DNA of 64,000 nucleotides, taken from contig NC_043008.1 of the NCBI RefSeq assembly GCF_006345805.1, positions 58,094,001 through 58,158,000 of the forward strand. The letters run 5' to 3'. The first letter of the stretch is position 1. The number at the start of each line of letters is the position of its first letter. Source of the stretch: Octopus sinensis (Eukaryota). The notes below the pieces were generated by a model. That model was not told the origin of the DNA. It saw only the letters and a list, made by a program, of their open reading frames with translations, and made no database searches. The position numbers and the translations under genes are program-made. Positions 13,528 through 25,556 of the stretch are shown here, piece after piece.

Positions 13528-14485
13528 CCCACATTTTAAAAGTACATGAAAAGTACAAGCTGTTTTATCAGCAAGAGGTGTTGCAATGAAATAGCAAGCC
13601 CCAAATTTTAAAGGTATGAGAAAAAGTACAGGTTGCTTTGTTTACAAGGGGTGTTGCAATGGAACAATGAGTCACATATTTTAAAAGTACAAAAAAAAGT
13701 ACAGCTGCTTTGTTAGCAAGAGGTGTTGCAACAAACAGTGAGTCCCACATGTGAAAAGTACAAGAAAAAAGTGCAAGCTCCCACATTTTAAAAGTACAGG
13801 CTGGTCATTATTAGCAAGATGTATTGCAATGAGCAGTGTGTCCCACATTTTGAAAGTACAAGAAAAAGTACAAGCTCCCACATTTTAAAAGTACAAGAAA
13901 AAGTACAAGCACCCACATTTTAAAAGTACAAGAAAAAGTACAAGCACCCACATTTTAAAAGTACAAGAAAAAGTACAAGCACCCACATTTTAAAAGTACA
14001 AGAAAAAGTACAAGCACCCACATTTTAAAAGTACAGACTGGTCATTAGCAAGAGGTATTGCAATGAGCAGTGTGTCCCACATTTTAAAAGTACAAGAAAA
14101 GTACAAGCTCCCACGTTTTAAAAGTACAAGAAAAGTACAAGCACCCACATTTTGAAAGTACAAGGAAAAGTACAAGTACCCACATTTTAAAAGTACAAGC
14201 TCTTACATTTTTAAAGTACATGAAAAGTACAAGCTGTTCATTAGCAGGAAGTGTTGCAAAAACAGCAAGTCCCACATTTTAAAAGTACAAGAAAAAGTAC
14301 AAGCACCCACATTTTAAAAGTACAAGAAAAAGTACAAGCTCCCACGTTTTTAAAGTACAAGCTGTTCATTAGCAGGGGGTGTTGCAAAAACAGCGAGTCC
14401 CACATTTTAAAAGTACAAGCTCTCACATTTTAAAAGTACAAGGAAAAGTACAAGCTGCTTCATTAGCAGAAAGTGTTGCAATGGA
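13528..14485. repeat. Composite minisatellite: 35-bp unit interleaved with a second motif of about 40 bp
   Basis: ACCCACATTTTAAAAGTACAAGAAAAAGTACAAGC tandem (period 35 at 13921/13956) interrupted by CTGTT(C/T)ATTAGCA.GAGGTGTTGCAA-type blocks. Confidence 0.9.
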
Positions 14486-14821
14486 CAGCATTTTTTTTTA
14501 TGTTGAACAAAATTTTTAAAATGAAACTAAACAGTTCCCATGGCCAAATTCTCTCCAGGAGTTTTGAACTTGAAGTCAATTTGTGTTAATGCCTTTCTGC
14601 TACTTCAAGTATAATCGCATGCTACATTGAATTTCATTGGAGTAACCACGACATCGATGAGAAAATTGGAAAAGAAAAAAAAAAACAATGAACAAAAAAA
14701 AAATCCCATGCTCTTTCAGTGAAGTCCTTCATGGTATTTGCTCTGTGCCAAGATACAGATACTCCCTTCCTTGTCACTCTTATCATCAGAAATTCAGGAA
14801 ATCAGTAACTGGCCTGTTTAA

Positions 14822-15045
14822 CCCTTTTGCATTTAAACTGGCCCTCTGGCCCAAATATTTTAAATATTCTGTTTTATGTTCAAACTGGCCAGATCCAGCC
14901 TCTCACACCTATCTTACAATGTCATTCTGAAAATAAACAATCATATCATCGAAATCTCAGAGCTTATGAGACAATGCATGATTAATTCGAAACAGTGTGA
15001 GTAAATGAGCATTACATTCGACAGAGGAATCTGAATGGCTGAAAA
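14822..15045. mobile_element. piggyBac-like MITE, right end degenerate
   Basis: Starts TTAA|CCCTTTTGCATTTAAA; homologous to 28819-29027. Confidence 0.55.
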
Positions 15046-15555
15046 GAGAAAACCTGAAACCAAGGATATTGTTGTTTGCCAATTACAAATATTAAATAAA
15101 ATAAATATATAAAAAAAAAAATAAGGTACAAAAAAAAATTACAACTATACTTATCAATATTAGTAAGTCTCTGTAGTACAAATTGTATTTGTTTAGCAAG
15201 AATTTAGAAAGAATAATAAATTCGTTTTTTTGAAAACACATACTTAAATTTACTGGTTGCACTGTACTGTACATGTAGATGCTACTCTGTGTATACTAGT
15301 GTCACATTGCATGCACAGAAACTGCACATATAGAAATAGTCGTGTGCAGAAGCTGCACATATAGTGTTAGCCGAGTAGAACTGAAGATCAAAACCAGCAT
15401 CATTCCTTTTTGCTAATCTGAATTCTTCAATTCTTTTGGATGTTCCTTTTTCTTTTTTTTTTCTAAGATTAGACACAAAATAGTGATTTAAGATTTAATA
15501 GATGAAGGAAAACTCAACTGTATGGGTTGAGTACCGTTTCTCTAAATTGTACATC

Positions 15556-15628
<73 letters not shown>

Positions 15629-15655
15629 ATATACCTATATACATACATACATACA

Positions 15656-15820
15656 TTATCATCATCATTGTTCGACCGTGGTCGAGACAATGGAATTTAC
15701 CATGCCATGCCAGACTTCACGGTCCATCATAGCATTATGGAGGTCCTGTTGCTGGATGCCTGTATCCCTGGAGATTACATCAGGGTAGGAGAGTGTGCAC
15801 CCTCTGGTATTGCGAGTAGA
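15656..15820 (-). mobile_element. RTE-clade LINE 3' fragment
   Basis: Minus ORF ...TLSYPDVISRDTGIQQQDLHNAMMDREVWHGMVNSIVSTTVEQ* followed by a (TGA)n tail. Confidence 0.75.
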
Positions 15821-15976
15821 CGGTAGGGTTAGGGTTAGGGTTATCATCATAATCATCATCATCATCATCATCATTTAACGTCCGCTTTCCGATTTTGACT
15901 GAGGACTGCACCAGGCTCCAGTCTTGATCTGGCAGAGTTTCTACAGCTGGATGCCCTTTCCTAATGCCAACCACTA

Positions 15977-16230
15977 CATATGAGAGGTATGACCACTACG
16001 TGGACAACCCTTATGCTAGAAGTAGATCCGCTTTGGTCTTACCACTAAGAAATATTTTCAAGAAAGACCATAGCAGATCTACTTCTAGCATAAGGGTTGT
16101 CCACATAGTGGTCATCACTCTCATATGTATATAATACAATTTACTGAACCTTCAGATTTTAATATGCTAGACCACTGGTGTTAAATTGATGTTAATTAAA
16201 TTAATATCCAATTTCTCACCCTCATTTTAA

Positions 16231-16263
<33 letters not shown>

Positions 16264-16498
16264 CATACACATATGAGAGGGATGACCACTATGTGGACAA
16301 CCCTTATGCTAGAAGTAGATCCGCTGTAGTCTTACCACTAAGAAATGTTCTCAAGAAAAATTTAGCAAACACATTGTGGTCATCCCTCTCATATGTATAT
16401 AATACAATTTACTGAACCTTCAGATTTTAATATACTAGACCACTGGTGTTAAATTGATGTTAATTAAATTAATATCCAATTTCTCACCCTCATTTTAA

Positions 16499-16531
<33 letters not shown>

Positions 16532-16790
16532 CACATATGAGAGGGATGACCACTATGTGGACAACCCTTATGCTAGAAGTAGATCCGCTGTAGTCTTACC
16601 ACTAAGAAATGTTCTCAAGAAAAATTTAGCAAACACATTGTGGTCATCCCTCTCATATGTATATAATACAATTTACTGAACCTTCAGATTTTAATATACT
16701 AGACCACTGGTGTTAAATTGATGTTAATTAAATTAATATCCAATTTCTCACCCTCATTTTAAATTTACATACGTACATACATACATACAT
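15977..16790. repeat. Tandem array of three TA-flanked MITEs plus spacer plus (TACA)n, unit about 264-293 bp
   Basis: TIR CATATGAGAGG(G/T)ATGACCAC at 15977-16127, 16270-16395 and 16534-16659; spacer nearly identical after each. Confidence 0.85.
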
Positions 16791-16793
16791 ACA

Positions 16794-16827
<34 letters not shown>

Positions 16828-17720
16828 CATGATGATTGCCTCATCTTGTCAGATGATAGCCTGGTTGTTCTGATTTATTTTCTGGTTTATTTTCATCCTT
16901 ACATGTGTGCAGATAGCCATTACCATAAGCATTTGTAAAATACAAAACACATCAAGAAATGAACTGATAGTTAGACATGTGTCTATCATTGGATTCAAGT
17001 AACAAAATCTTGTGCAACAGTTTTGTCACACTCTCAGTCGCAATTGTAGATTTAAGTGACAAGCATTGCAAGATGGCTGGTACCATTTTGATTTCAAGTT
17101 ATACATCAGAGTATCTTTCTCTGAGAAGAGCTGCCTTCCCCTCAGCTTTGTCAAAAATAGCCAGAGCCTCCTCTACCACTGGGGAATCTATTGAACCCAG
17201 AGATAGAATATACACACACATACACACACAGATATATATTTGTGAAGATGTGTGGCCTAGTGGATTAGTTGTTCAGCTCATGATCCAAAAGTCACAAGTT
17301 CAATTCCTACTCTAAGTGGCATGTTGTATCCTTCAGTAAGGCATTTCATTTCACATTACTCTAGCCTGTGCAAATGAAAATGAGTACCAGCTGAGTATTA
17401 GTGCAGCCCTATTGTATTACAGACCCATTTTAGTTGACTTTTACTAATTAGTAAATGTCCTGACATTATTGTATGCAAAACTGATTGGTAAAATTGGCTG
17501 AAATGGGTCTATAATTTGGTATTGTGCAAATATTAATATACTCACTCTATTGACAAATATATGAATGATTTTCTGACTTAAAGAGTGATGTGTGTGTGGA
17601 TGTGAATATGTTTATGTATGTGTGCATATATATATATATATATGAGTATATAATGTGTGTATATGTGTGTGTATATATATATATATATGAGTATATAATG
17701 TGTATGTGCATGTGTGTATG

Positions 17721-17763
<43 letters not shown>

Positions 17764-17782
17764 GTATATATATATGCACATA

Positions 17783-18617
17783 CAGGGTGCAGTGAATAAA
17801 CTGTCATCTAAATTATGCAAAAATGAAAATAACACTGACGTCTCATTGTAACAGAAATATTTACCAAAATTACGTAGAAATAACTTGAAATGCTAAAGAG
17901 TAAATTTATTCAATAAAATTGCAATTGGCTTCAACCACAGCCTCCAGACGACTTTGGAATTTCCTGCAACTCTTCTGGATGGTCTCCTTGTTTAAGTTGG
18001 TGAATGCTGCTATAATCTTTGCTTTCAGTTCATATTTGGTGTCACAAGGAGTTTTGTTGGTCTCTTGCTCAACTGTACCCCACACATAATAATCAAGGGG
18101 GTTGCAGTGTGGGGAGTTAGGTGGCCAGATGTTAGGGGTGATGTCGTCACAGAAATTATCTGACAGTCATGACTGGGTTCTTCTGCTTCTGTGGCATGGT
18201 GCAGAGTCCGGTTACCAGACATAGAGGCTTCCAGCAGCCATCCTCTTGACCCAGGGCAGCACTACCTCTTGCACGCACTTGATGTAGGACTTCATGTTGA
18301 GTCTTAGGCCTCATGGGAAGATGAATGGAGTCATCACATCACCATCAAAGACCATGATGTTGACTGGTTGTTTGAATTTTATCACTCTTGGTCATGTCCT
18401 CAGATTGACACCCAATCACTCTTCTGGCACGAATGCTAAGCAGTACAGAATATTTCCAAATTTCTGGCAGAGTGAATTTGAATCATGGTGCTGTTTTTCT
18501 CAAAGACAGTGCTCAGCTGACCCTACTATACTGTGTAATTGACAAAATTAAAAACAAACAATCTGCGTGCATGAGATTAAAAATATAAAATGGCGACAAT
18601 TTACCCATTGCACCCTG
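17783..18617 (-). mobile_element. Tc1/mariner maT (DD37D) element, defective
   Basis: TIRs CAGGGTGCA... flanked by TA; minus frame W*PDSAPCH...WPPNSPHCNPLDYYVWG with 37 residues between the last two D; premature stops. Confidence 0.85.
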
Positions 18618-18724
18618 TATATATATATATATGTGTGAGTTTGTGTGTCTGATGAATGAGAAAGGAGTGCTCACTACATGTGGAGGATATAGGGCTTTTT
18701 TTTTATTGTTAAAGCTGAAAGTAA

Positions 18725-18823
18725 GAGTTTGTCACGCAACTTGAGTTTCCTGTCACTGTGATCTTCAGGCAAAACTCACCTGAAGATCATAGTGGCATGA
18801 AACTTGAATTGTGAGACAAACTC
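18725..18823. mobile_element. Fold-back element with a hammerhead-like motif in the right arm (18775-18815, +)
   Basis: About 45-bp inverted arms; CUCAC-CUGAAGA-...-GAA-ACU UG AAU-U^GUGAG with a perfect 5-bp stem I. Confidence 0.5.
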
Positions 18824-18890
18824 TCAGCTTCAGTCTTAATAAAAGACTATGCACACACACACACACACACACACACGCGCGCACACACAC

Positions 18891-19190
18891 ATCATCATCA
18901 TCATCATTGTTCGACCGTGGTCGAGACAATGGAATTTACCATGCTACGCCAGACTTCACGGTCAATCAGAGCATTACGGAGGTCCTGTTGCTGGATGCCT
19001 GTATCCCTGGAGATTACATCAGGGTAGGAGAGTGTGTGCCCTCTGGTATTGTGAGTAGATGGCTTCCAGAGGAGAAGAGTAGAAATTGCCTTGTTTTCAG
19101 CTCTACAACAATGTCCAGCAAACTGGACTCTCCTACCTTTCACAAGAGATGACACAGGTGGTAGTTTCCCATATATTTGCATTTTGGTTG
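18891..19190 (-). mobile_element. RTE-clade LINE 3' fragment
   Basis: Minus ORF IYGKLPPVSSLVKGRRVQFAGHCCR...LLLWKP...DTGIQQQDL...DREVWR; (TGA)n tail; same family as 15656-15820. Confidence 0.85.
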
Positions 19191-19670
19191 GATGACGCTT
19201 ACGTATATATTTGTGCCAAAATTATGACCTGAAGAATGAACTTTCTCTTCAGTGCTAGAAACTATTTGAAGACTGATTCACTTATTAACTCTCTAATAAG
19301 TTCATTTGCAATCCAGATTAGAATATTCACTGTTGATACATTTAACGCAGTGCTATGGTTCCTTGCTGCTTACATGTGTGCACAAATGCACACACACACA
19401 CAAAATAAAAAAGCTCATCCTAGACTCCATCAAAAAGAAGTTTGATTCAACTTATTTAAAATACTAATTCACAAGTTTACTAGATGAAACAGTTCCTCCC
19501 GTTTCTCCTGCCACCTCTACTACAGCAGCCTCTGTTCATATAAATTAGCTAACTGCACACCCTAACATTCACCCCAGCTCATTGGATGCATTTTTCTCTC
19601 TTCCTCATTAAAATCAATGCCTGGCTTCTGGCTTTTCAAGCTTTTTGCTGAATACTTCACAGGTGCATCA

Positions 19671-19893
19671 TTTACATTATTTACATTCAACTGATATTTG
19701 TCCTCATCTTGTTTGTTGTTAACATGACGTTTCGGCTGATATACCCTCTAGCCTTCTTCAGGTGTCTTGGGGAAATTTTGAACCTGGGTTCTCATTCCTA
19801 AGGTATTTTTCGATGGAGGGTATATCAGCTGAAACGTTGTGTTAACAACAAACAAGATGAGGACAAATATCTGTCAAATGTAAATAATGTAAA
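19671..19893. mobile_element. Penelope-like fold-back remnant with a type I hammerhead (19721-19766, minus)
   Basis: About 75-bp inverted arms; GACAC-CUGAAGA-A-GGCU...AGCC-GAA-ACGU-C^AUGUU. Confidence 0.65.
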
Positions 19894-20488
19894 TAATGTA
19901 CATAATTTCTCATCTCTTAAATATAGAACTGTACTTCACAGGTGGTTAAGAAACTTGATTTGCAACCACATGGTTTTGGGTTCTGTCCCATTGCATAACA
20001 TCTTGGGAAAGTACCCTCTACTATATTCTTGAGCTCACTCAATGCTTTATGAGTGAATTTGGTTGACAGAAACTGTCCATTGTATACTTGTGCATTTGTT
20101 TGTTTGTGTGTATGCTTGTGTGTGTGTATATGTGCGCACATGTCTGTGTCTTTGTTTGTTTCCCCATCTCCACAACTTTATAACTAGTGTTGGTTTGTTT
20201 ATATTGCTGTAACTTAGCGGATCAGCAAAAGAAACCGATAGAATAAGTACCAGCAGACATTAAAAAAAAATGAAATATAAGTACTGGGGTCAATTTGTTT
20301 GACTAAAACCATTCAAGGCTCTGCTCCAGCATGGCTGCAGTCCTTGAATGAAAAACAAAAAAAAACAAGAAAAGATAAAACTTGAAGAATGAGAAGGTTC
20401 AGGAATCTTCTCATTGGTTACATTACCCCCACAGGAATCATCTTACAGAATTTGGTCATCGACCTACCACAGTCTCAACAGTTTGGCA

Positions 20489-20895
20489 TGGCTGTGTGGT
20501 AAGAACTTTGCTTCTCAACCACATGGTTCTGGGTTCAGTCCCACTGTATGGCATCTTGGGTAAGTGTCTTCTACTATAACCTTGGGCTGACCAAAGCTTT
20601 GTGAGTGGATTTGGTAGACAGATACTGACAAAAGCCTGTTGTATGTATATATATATATATTATATATATATATATATGTATGTGAGTGTGTCTTTGTGTC
20701 TGTGTGTGTTCTGTTTCATCGCTTAGCAACCGGTGTTGGTGTGTTTATGTCCCTGTAACTTACCAGTTTGGCAAAAGTGGCCGATAGAATAAATATCAAG
20801 CTTAAAAAGAAAATTACTGGGATCAATTCATTTGACTAAAAATACTTCAAGGCAGTGCCCCAGCATGACCACAGTCTAATGACTGAAACAAGTAA
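20489..20895 (+). mobile_element. Octopus bipartite tRNA-derived SINE (family A), CpG-decayed
   Basis: GGCTGTGTGGTAAG...GGTTCAGTCCCACTG head, internal microsatellite, CCAGCATGACCACAGTC..ATGACTGAAACAAGTAAA tail. Confidence 0.85.
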
Positions 20896-21473
20896 ATAAA
20901 AGTAGAAGAAAAACAGGTGGTGGTCATGGGTGGTATCATCATTGATTTAATGTCCACTCTTCCATCCCCTCATGGGCTTGAGAAAATCTACTCATATTGT
21001 TTTAGGTCATTCTGGGACTATTGTAGAAAATATTTGTCTAAGATGCTGTGCAGTGTGACTGAACCCAAAACCAAGTCATTGGGAAGCAAGCTTCTTACCA
21101 CACAGCCACATCTGTGCCTGTTCCCCACAGTAGAGGGGTTCTAATGCACTTTATGAAGCAACTGGCTTTAGTAGGAAGGACAACCCAGCTGTAGAAACCA
21201 TGCCAGAAAAGATAGCAGAGCTTGGTATAGTCTTCTGACTTGCCTGTTCCTGTCAAACCATTTAACCCATTTCAGTGTGGAAATGGGTATTAAATGATGA
21301 CAATATGTGCATATTTGTTTTGTCTGGAATTCTTAACCATTTGGTTAAGGACATAAACTTCTTGTATAAATGTGTATTTGTGTGCATGTGTGTGTGTGTG
21401 TGTTGCGTGTATATATATACATACATACAGATAGATAGATAAATAGATATAGTATATTGAGCCAGTTAGTGAA

Positions 21474-21800
21474 GGCGCATGGCTCAGTGGTTAGAGTGTC
21501 AAGTTTACAATTGTGAGGTTGTGAGCTTGAATCCCGAACCGGGCTGCATGTTGTGTTCTTGAGCAAGACACTTTATTTCATATTGCTCCAGTTCACTCAT
21601 CTGTAGAAATGAGTTGCGACGTTACAGGTGCCAAGCTGTATCGGCCTTTGCCTTTCCCTTGGAAAACACTGGTGGCATGGAGAGGAGAGGCCCGTATGCG
21701 TGGGCAACTGCTGGTCTTCTATAAACAACCTTGCCCAGATTTGTGCCTGGGAGGGTAACTTTCTAGGTGTAATCCCATGGTCTGTGTCGTGACCGAAGGG
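21474..21800 (+). mobile_element. tRNA-derived SINE (core type X, tail type 3)
   Basis: GGCGCATGGCTCAGTGGTTAG A-box head; core shared with 4600-4925 but a different 3' part. Confidence 0.75.
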
Positions 21801-21912
21801 AGTTTCAGAATTGAGCTAGTTGCAATCAACTATTGTTTGAACAAACTGTCAAGTAAAACTTGCCCCAGTCCCTGTGAAAATGGATTTTATAATAAATATT
21901 TCTTGTCTCCTT

Positions 21913-22318
21913 GTTTCAGTCATTAGACTGCGGCCATGCTGGGGCACTATCTTGAAGAATTTTAGCTGAATGGATCAACCCCAGTACTGCTTTTTGAAGC
22001 CTGGTACTTTTTTCTATCAGTTTCTTTTGCTGAACTGCAAAGCTACAGGATGCAAACACACAAACGCTGATTGTCAAGCAGTAGTGAGAAGACAAATGCA
22101 GACACACACATAGATATACATATACACGCACACATACATACATACACACACATACGATAGGCTTCTTTCAGTTTCCATCTATGAAATCCACTCATAAGGT
22201 TTTGGTCATCCTGAGCCTATTGCAGAAGACACTTACCAAAAGTTCCATGCAGTGGGATTGAACCCGGAATCATGTGGTTGGGAAGCAAGCTTCTTACCAT
22301 ACAGCTACACCTGAGCCT
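21913..22318 (-). mobile_element. SINE family A
   Basis: Reverse complement of the family A head and tail with an internal (CA)n. Confidence 0.8.
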
Positions 22319-22422
22319 ATGGCAACTTTTAAGTATTAGCTATTAAGTTTTCTCATCAGTGAATCTTATATTGTTACATTTAGTGAAGGGGGACAAATAC
22401 AGACACAAACGCACACACACAT

Positions 22423-22456
<34 letters not shown>

Positions 22457-23453
22457 CACACACACACATGCACACACACACATACACACACACACATACA
22501 CTCACACAAACGCACAACACATGTATATGACAGGTTTCTTTCAGTTTCTGTCTACCAAATCCACCCACAAGGCTTTAGTTGGCTTGAGGCTATAGTAGGA
22601 GACTCAATGTGTCACACAGTAGGACTGAACCTGGAGCCAATGTGGTTGAGAATGTGAATTTCTTGTATAAATGTGTGTGTGTATGTATATATATATATAT
22701 ATATATATATACATTCACATTTATGGATGCATGCATACATGCATACATATGTCCATACATACATGCTTGCATACATACACACTCATACATACATACATAC
22801 ATACATACATACATACATACATACATACATACATACATACACACATACATACATACATACATACATACATACATACATACACACATACATACATACACAC
22901 GTACATACATACACACTCATACATACATACATACATACATACATACTTTCTTGCATCAGTTTTACACTATTAGATATTCCTTTCTAGATTCAGATTTTGA
23001 AGAAATATAAACGAAAAACCTGTTTTGGGGATAGAAATGTCTTTGATCTAAACAAAAGAAAAATTTTCTGCTTTAAATATTTGAATTAATACTAATGAAA
23101 AATTCCAGATAATTTGTAAGAATTTCAGGTTTTCTGAAAGTTCCACATACTTGTTTTACATGTCATATTTCATTCACCTTACCAAAATATTGCAAAAAAA
23201 AAAGTAAAAAATTCAATATTTCTCATAATTTTTAGCTCTAAAAAAAAAGCCGTGGAAAAATATTTTGGAAACTTCAACAGCTATTCTATAACTGTTTCAA
23301 ATTTTGTGAAAATTTAAAATGTAACTACAATAATAAAACTAAAAAGCATATATCTCCTGAGGTTTTAGTCAACTATTTCAAAGAATCTGCATTGTACAGA
23401 GGGTGCCAAAAGTCATGCATCAAAATATTTGGCATTTTATTTATATTACATTA

Positions 23454-23840
23454 CTAGCAGTATTGCCCAGCGTTGCTCGATTTCTGTCGACCCTTTAGAA
23501 TTGGAATTTTTGAAAAGTAAAAGTTTTGCATTATGTAGCTTGTTATTCTCTTTAAGTGAACATTTTTCTGGTTGAAATACACCGAAAAATGGCGACACAG
23601 CAGTAAAAAAATCGTAAAAAATAGGGATTTTCATAGAAAAAAAGCACCTTTTTGGTGTAAATAATTTTTGGTCTTAACATGGTCCGATTTGAATTTTATC
23701 TTCTATGGAATGAAGAGCAAGCCTTCTTCTATCATACTCTCAATTTTGGTCAACTTGCGCCGCAGGGTCTTGGAGGAGATAGTGTTCGTTGAAGGGTACC
23801 AAACCTGCCACACACACAACTTCAGCTTTATATATATAGA
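23454..23840 (-). mobile_element. Non-autonomous Helitron
   Basis: Minus strand 5'-TC start, degenerate 3' hairpin upstream of terminal CTAG, inserted in an AT dinucleotide; homologous to 44232-44628. Confidence 0.75.
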
Positions 23841-24435
23841 TTGGTGAGCTGGCACAATCAGCACGCCAGGCAAAATGCTTTGAGCCATTTTGTCTGTCTT
23901 CATGTTCTGAGTTCAAATTCTGCCGAGGTCAGCTTTGCCTTTCATCCCTTCAGGGTTGATAAAATAAGTACCGGTTGAGTACTGGGATTGATGTCATCGA
24001 CTTAACCCTTACCCAAAACCTTCTGGCCTTGTGCCAAAATTTGAAACCATTATTATTATTATTCATTTTGTTCATTATGCACAAGTACATGTGTATTCAT
24101 GATTATTCTATTCATTTTATTCAATTTTAGAAAAATTGAAGCCTGTCTTTGTTCTGGAATGTATTGAACTTATTTTGTGTGTAACTTTTGGCCTACCCTG
24201 TATGAGAATACAGAGCTCTTAGATTATTTCAGAAAAGATCTAATACCATTAGTGTATTAGCATTTTGATTCTGAATTTCCCCTCCTCTATTAGGCACGGT
24301 GGGAAGAAACTTAACATGCTACAACTATCAACTGTATCTGCCTTAGATGTATGCAGAGTGATAAAACTGTCCTGCACGCACTTGTACAGTGCTTGAGCAT
24401 TGCTGACATGTAGTGATATGTCAAACAACAGCTGT

Positions 24436-24927
24436 GTGGAGGCACAATGGCCCAGTGGTTAGGACACTTGACTCGCGGTTGTAAGAACGTGGGTTTGATT
24501 CCCAGATCAGGCATTGTGAGTGTTTATTGAGCAAAAACACCTAAGCTCCACAAAGCTCTGGCAGGGGTAGTGGTGAACACTGTACTCTTTCACCACAACT
24601 TTCTCTCACTCTTTCTTCCTACTTCTGCCACAAAGCAGAGGAACCATGGTGTAACCCACTATGGTGTGGTAAACTTTCAGACCCTCGTCTAGATTGCGAA
24701 TCCTCTGTACCCCAGGATGGTTTAGCTCTCCACCCATTAAAAGCCACCGTTTATGGAATGAGGATAACAATGTAGCTTTCGTGCCCATGCAACTGCCAGT
24801 CTATCACGTGTGGTGGGGGGAATCTTCAAGTTGTCACATACACTCTTAGTAGCTTTGAGTAGGCTCGAATTAGAGATTATTCTTTGTGGATAATGGTGTG
24901 AGTCCTGATTAGAAGAAGAACAACAAC
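24436..24927 (+). mobile_element. Full-length composite SINE (core Y, tail 2) with 12-bp TSD
   Basis: GTGGAGGCACAATGGCCCAGTGGTTAG head; (AAG)(AAC)n tail; TSD AACAACAGCTGT at 24424-24435 and 24928-24939. Confidence 0.85.
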
Positions 24928-24944
24928 AACAACAGCTGTTACAT

Positions 24945-25509
24945 GTAGAATAAATTTGGCTGTTGGCTGACTCCATCATGAAGATTGCCCTCCTGTCTTC
25001 CTTTTGTAGAGAAGTTCAGGCAGTTTTTCTTCTGTCTGGTGGCTCTGGTGAGAGAAGTTGTATGGTAGATGAGACTGATAGTAGTGAAGACAGATACTTT
25101 TTGTCTCCAGTCACACTCTCATTGACTTTTTAAAATTCCATCTGAAAAAAGAAAGTGGGGGTTGAGAAGAATGTGATGACCCCAAACAAATTTATTGAAA
25201 GGTGGGTGAATGTGGCAAGGATATCTCAAGTGAGTGGAACTACACTAAGCTGGCATTAGTAGCCTGAGGATTAAGGAAGAGAAAGAGAGAGGAGCATTTT
25301 CTATGGTACTCCTTGTGTGTAGGTTGGCCTGGGATCTGTGGGGATCCTTGCTCACCTCTGTGTGGAATTTTCCCCACTACTAGGGAATTTGTTTGAATTA
25401 TTTTGAAAATTATTTTTTTATTGTTTACATATTTCTATGTAAATTCCTACTGTCGTTTTGTTTTTGTATTGTCCTAAGTGTCTTTATGGTCCTTGTGGCC
25501 AATAAAAAA

Positions 25510-25510
<1 letters not shown>
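24945..25510 (+). mobile_element. Tx1/L1-clade LINE 3' fragment
   Basis: Broken frame FFCLVALVREVVW*MR...FLKFHLKKKVGVE...IERWVNVAR parallels the 37658-38098 ORF; ends AATAAAAAAA. Confidence 0.6.

Positions 25511-25556
<46 letters not shown>

Noticed and set aside
13528-14485. CRISPR-like repeat/spacer appearance
   Set aside because: The spacers are themselves homologous, repeats often abut directly, the context is eukaryotic and there are no cas genes.
21474-21545. tRNA gene-like sequences here and at other SINE heads
   Set aside because: They continue into SINE cores and tails and lack a complete cloverleaf.
24960-25160. Strong minus-strand splice acceptor (CTTTCTTTTTTCAG) suggesting an exon
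   Set aside because: All three frames stop quickly, and the + strand explains the region as a Tx1 LINE remnant.
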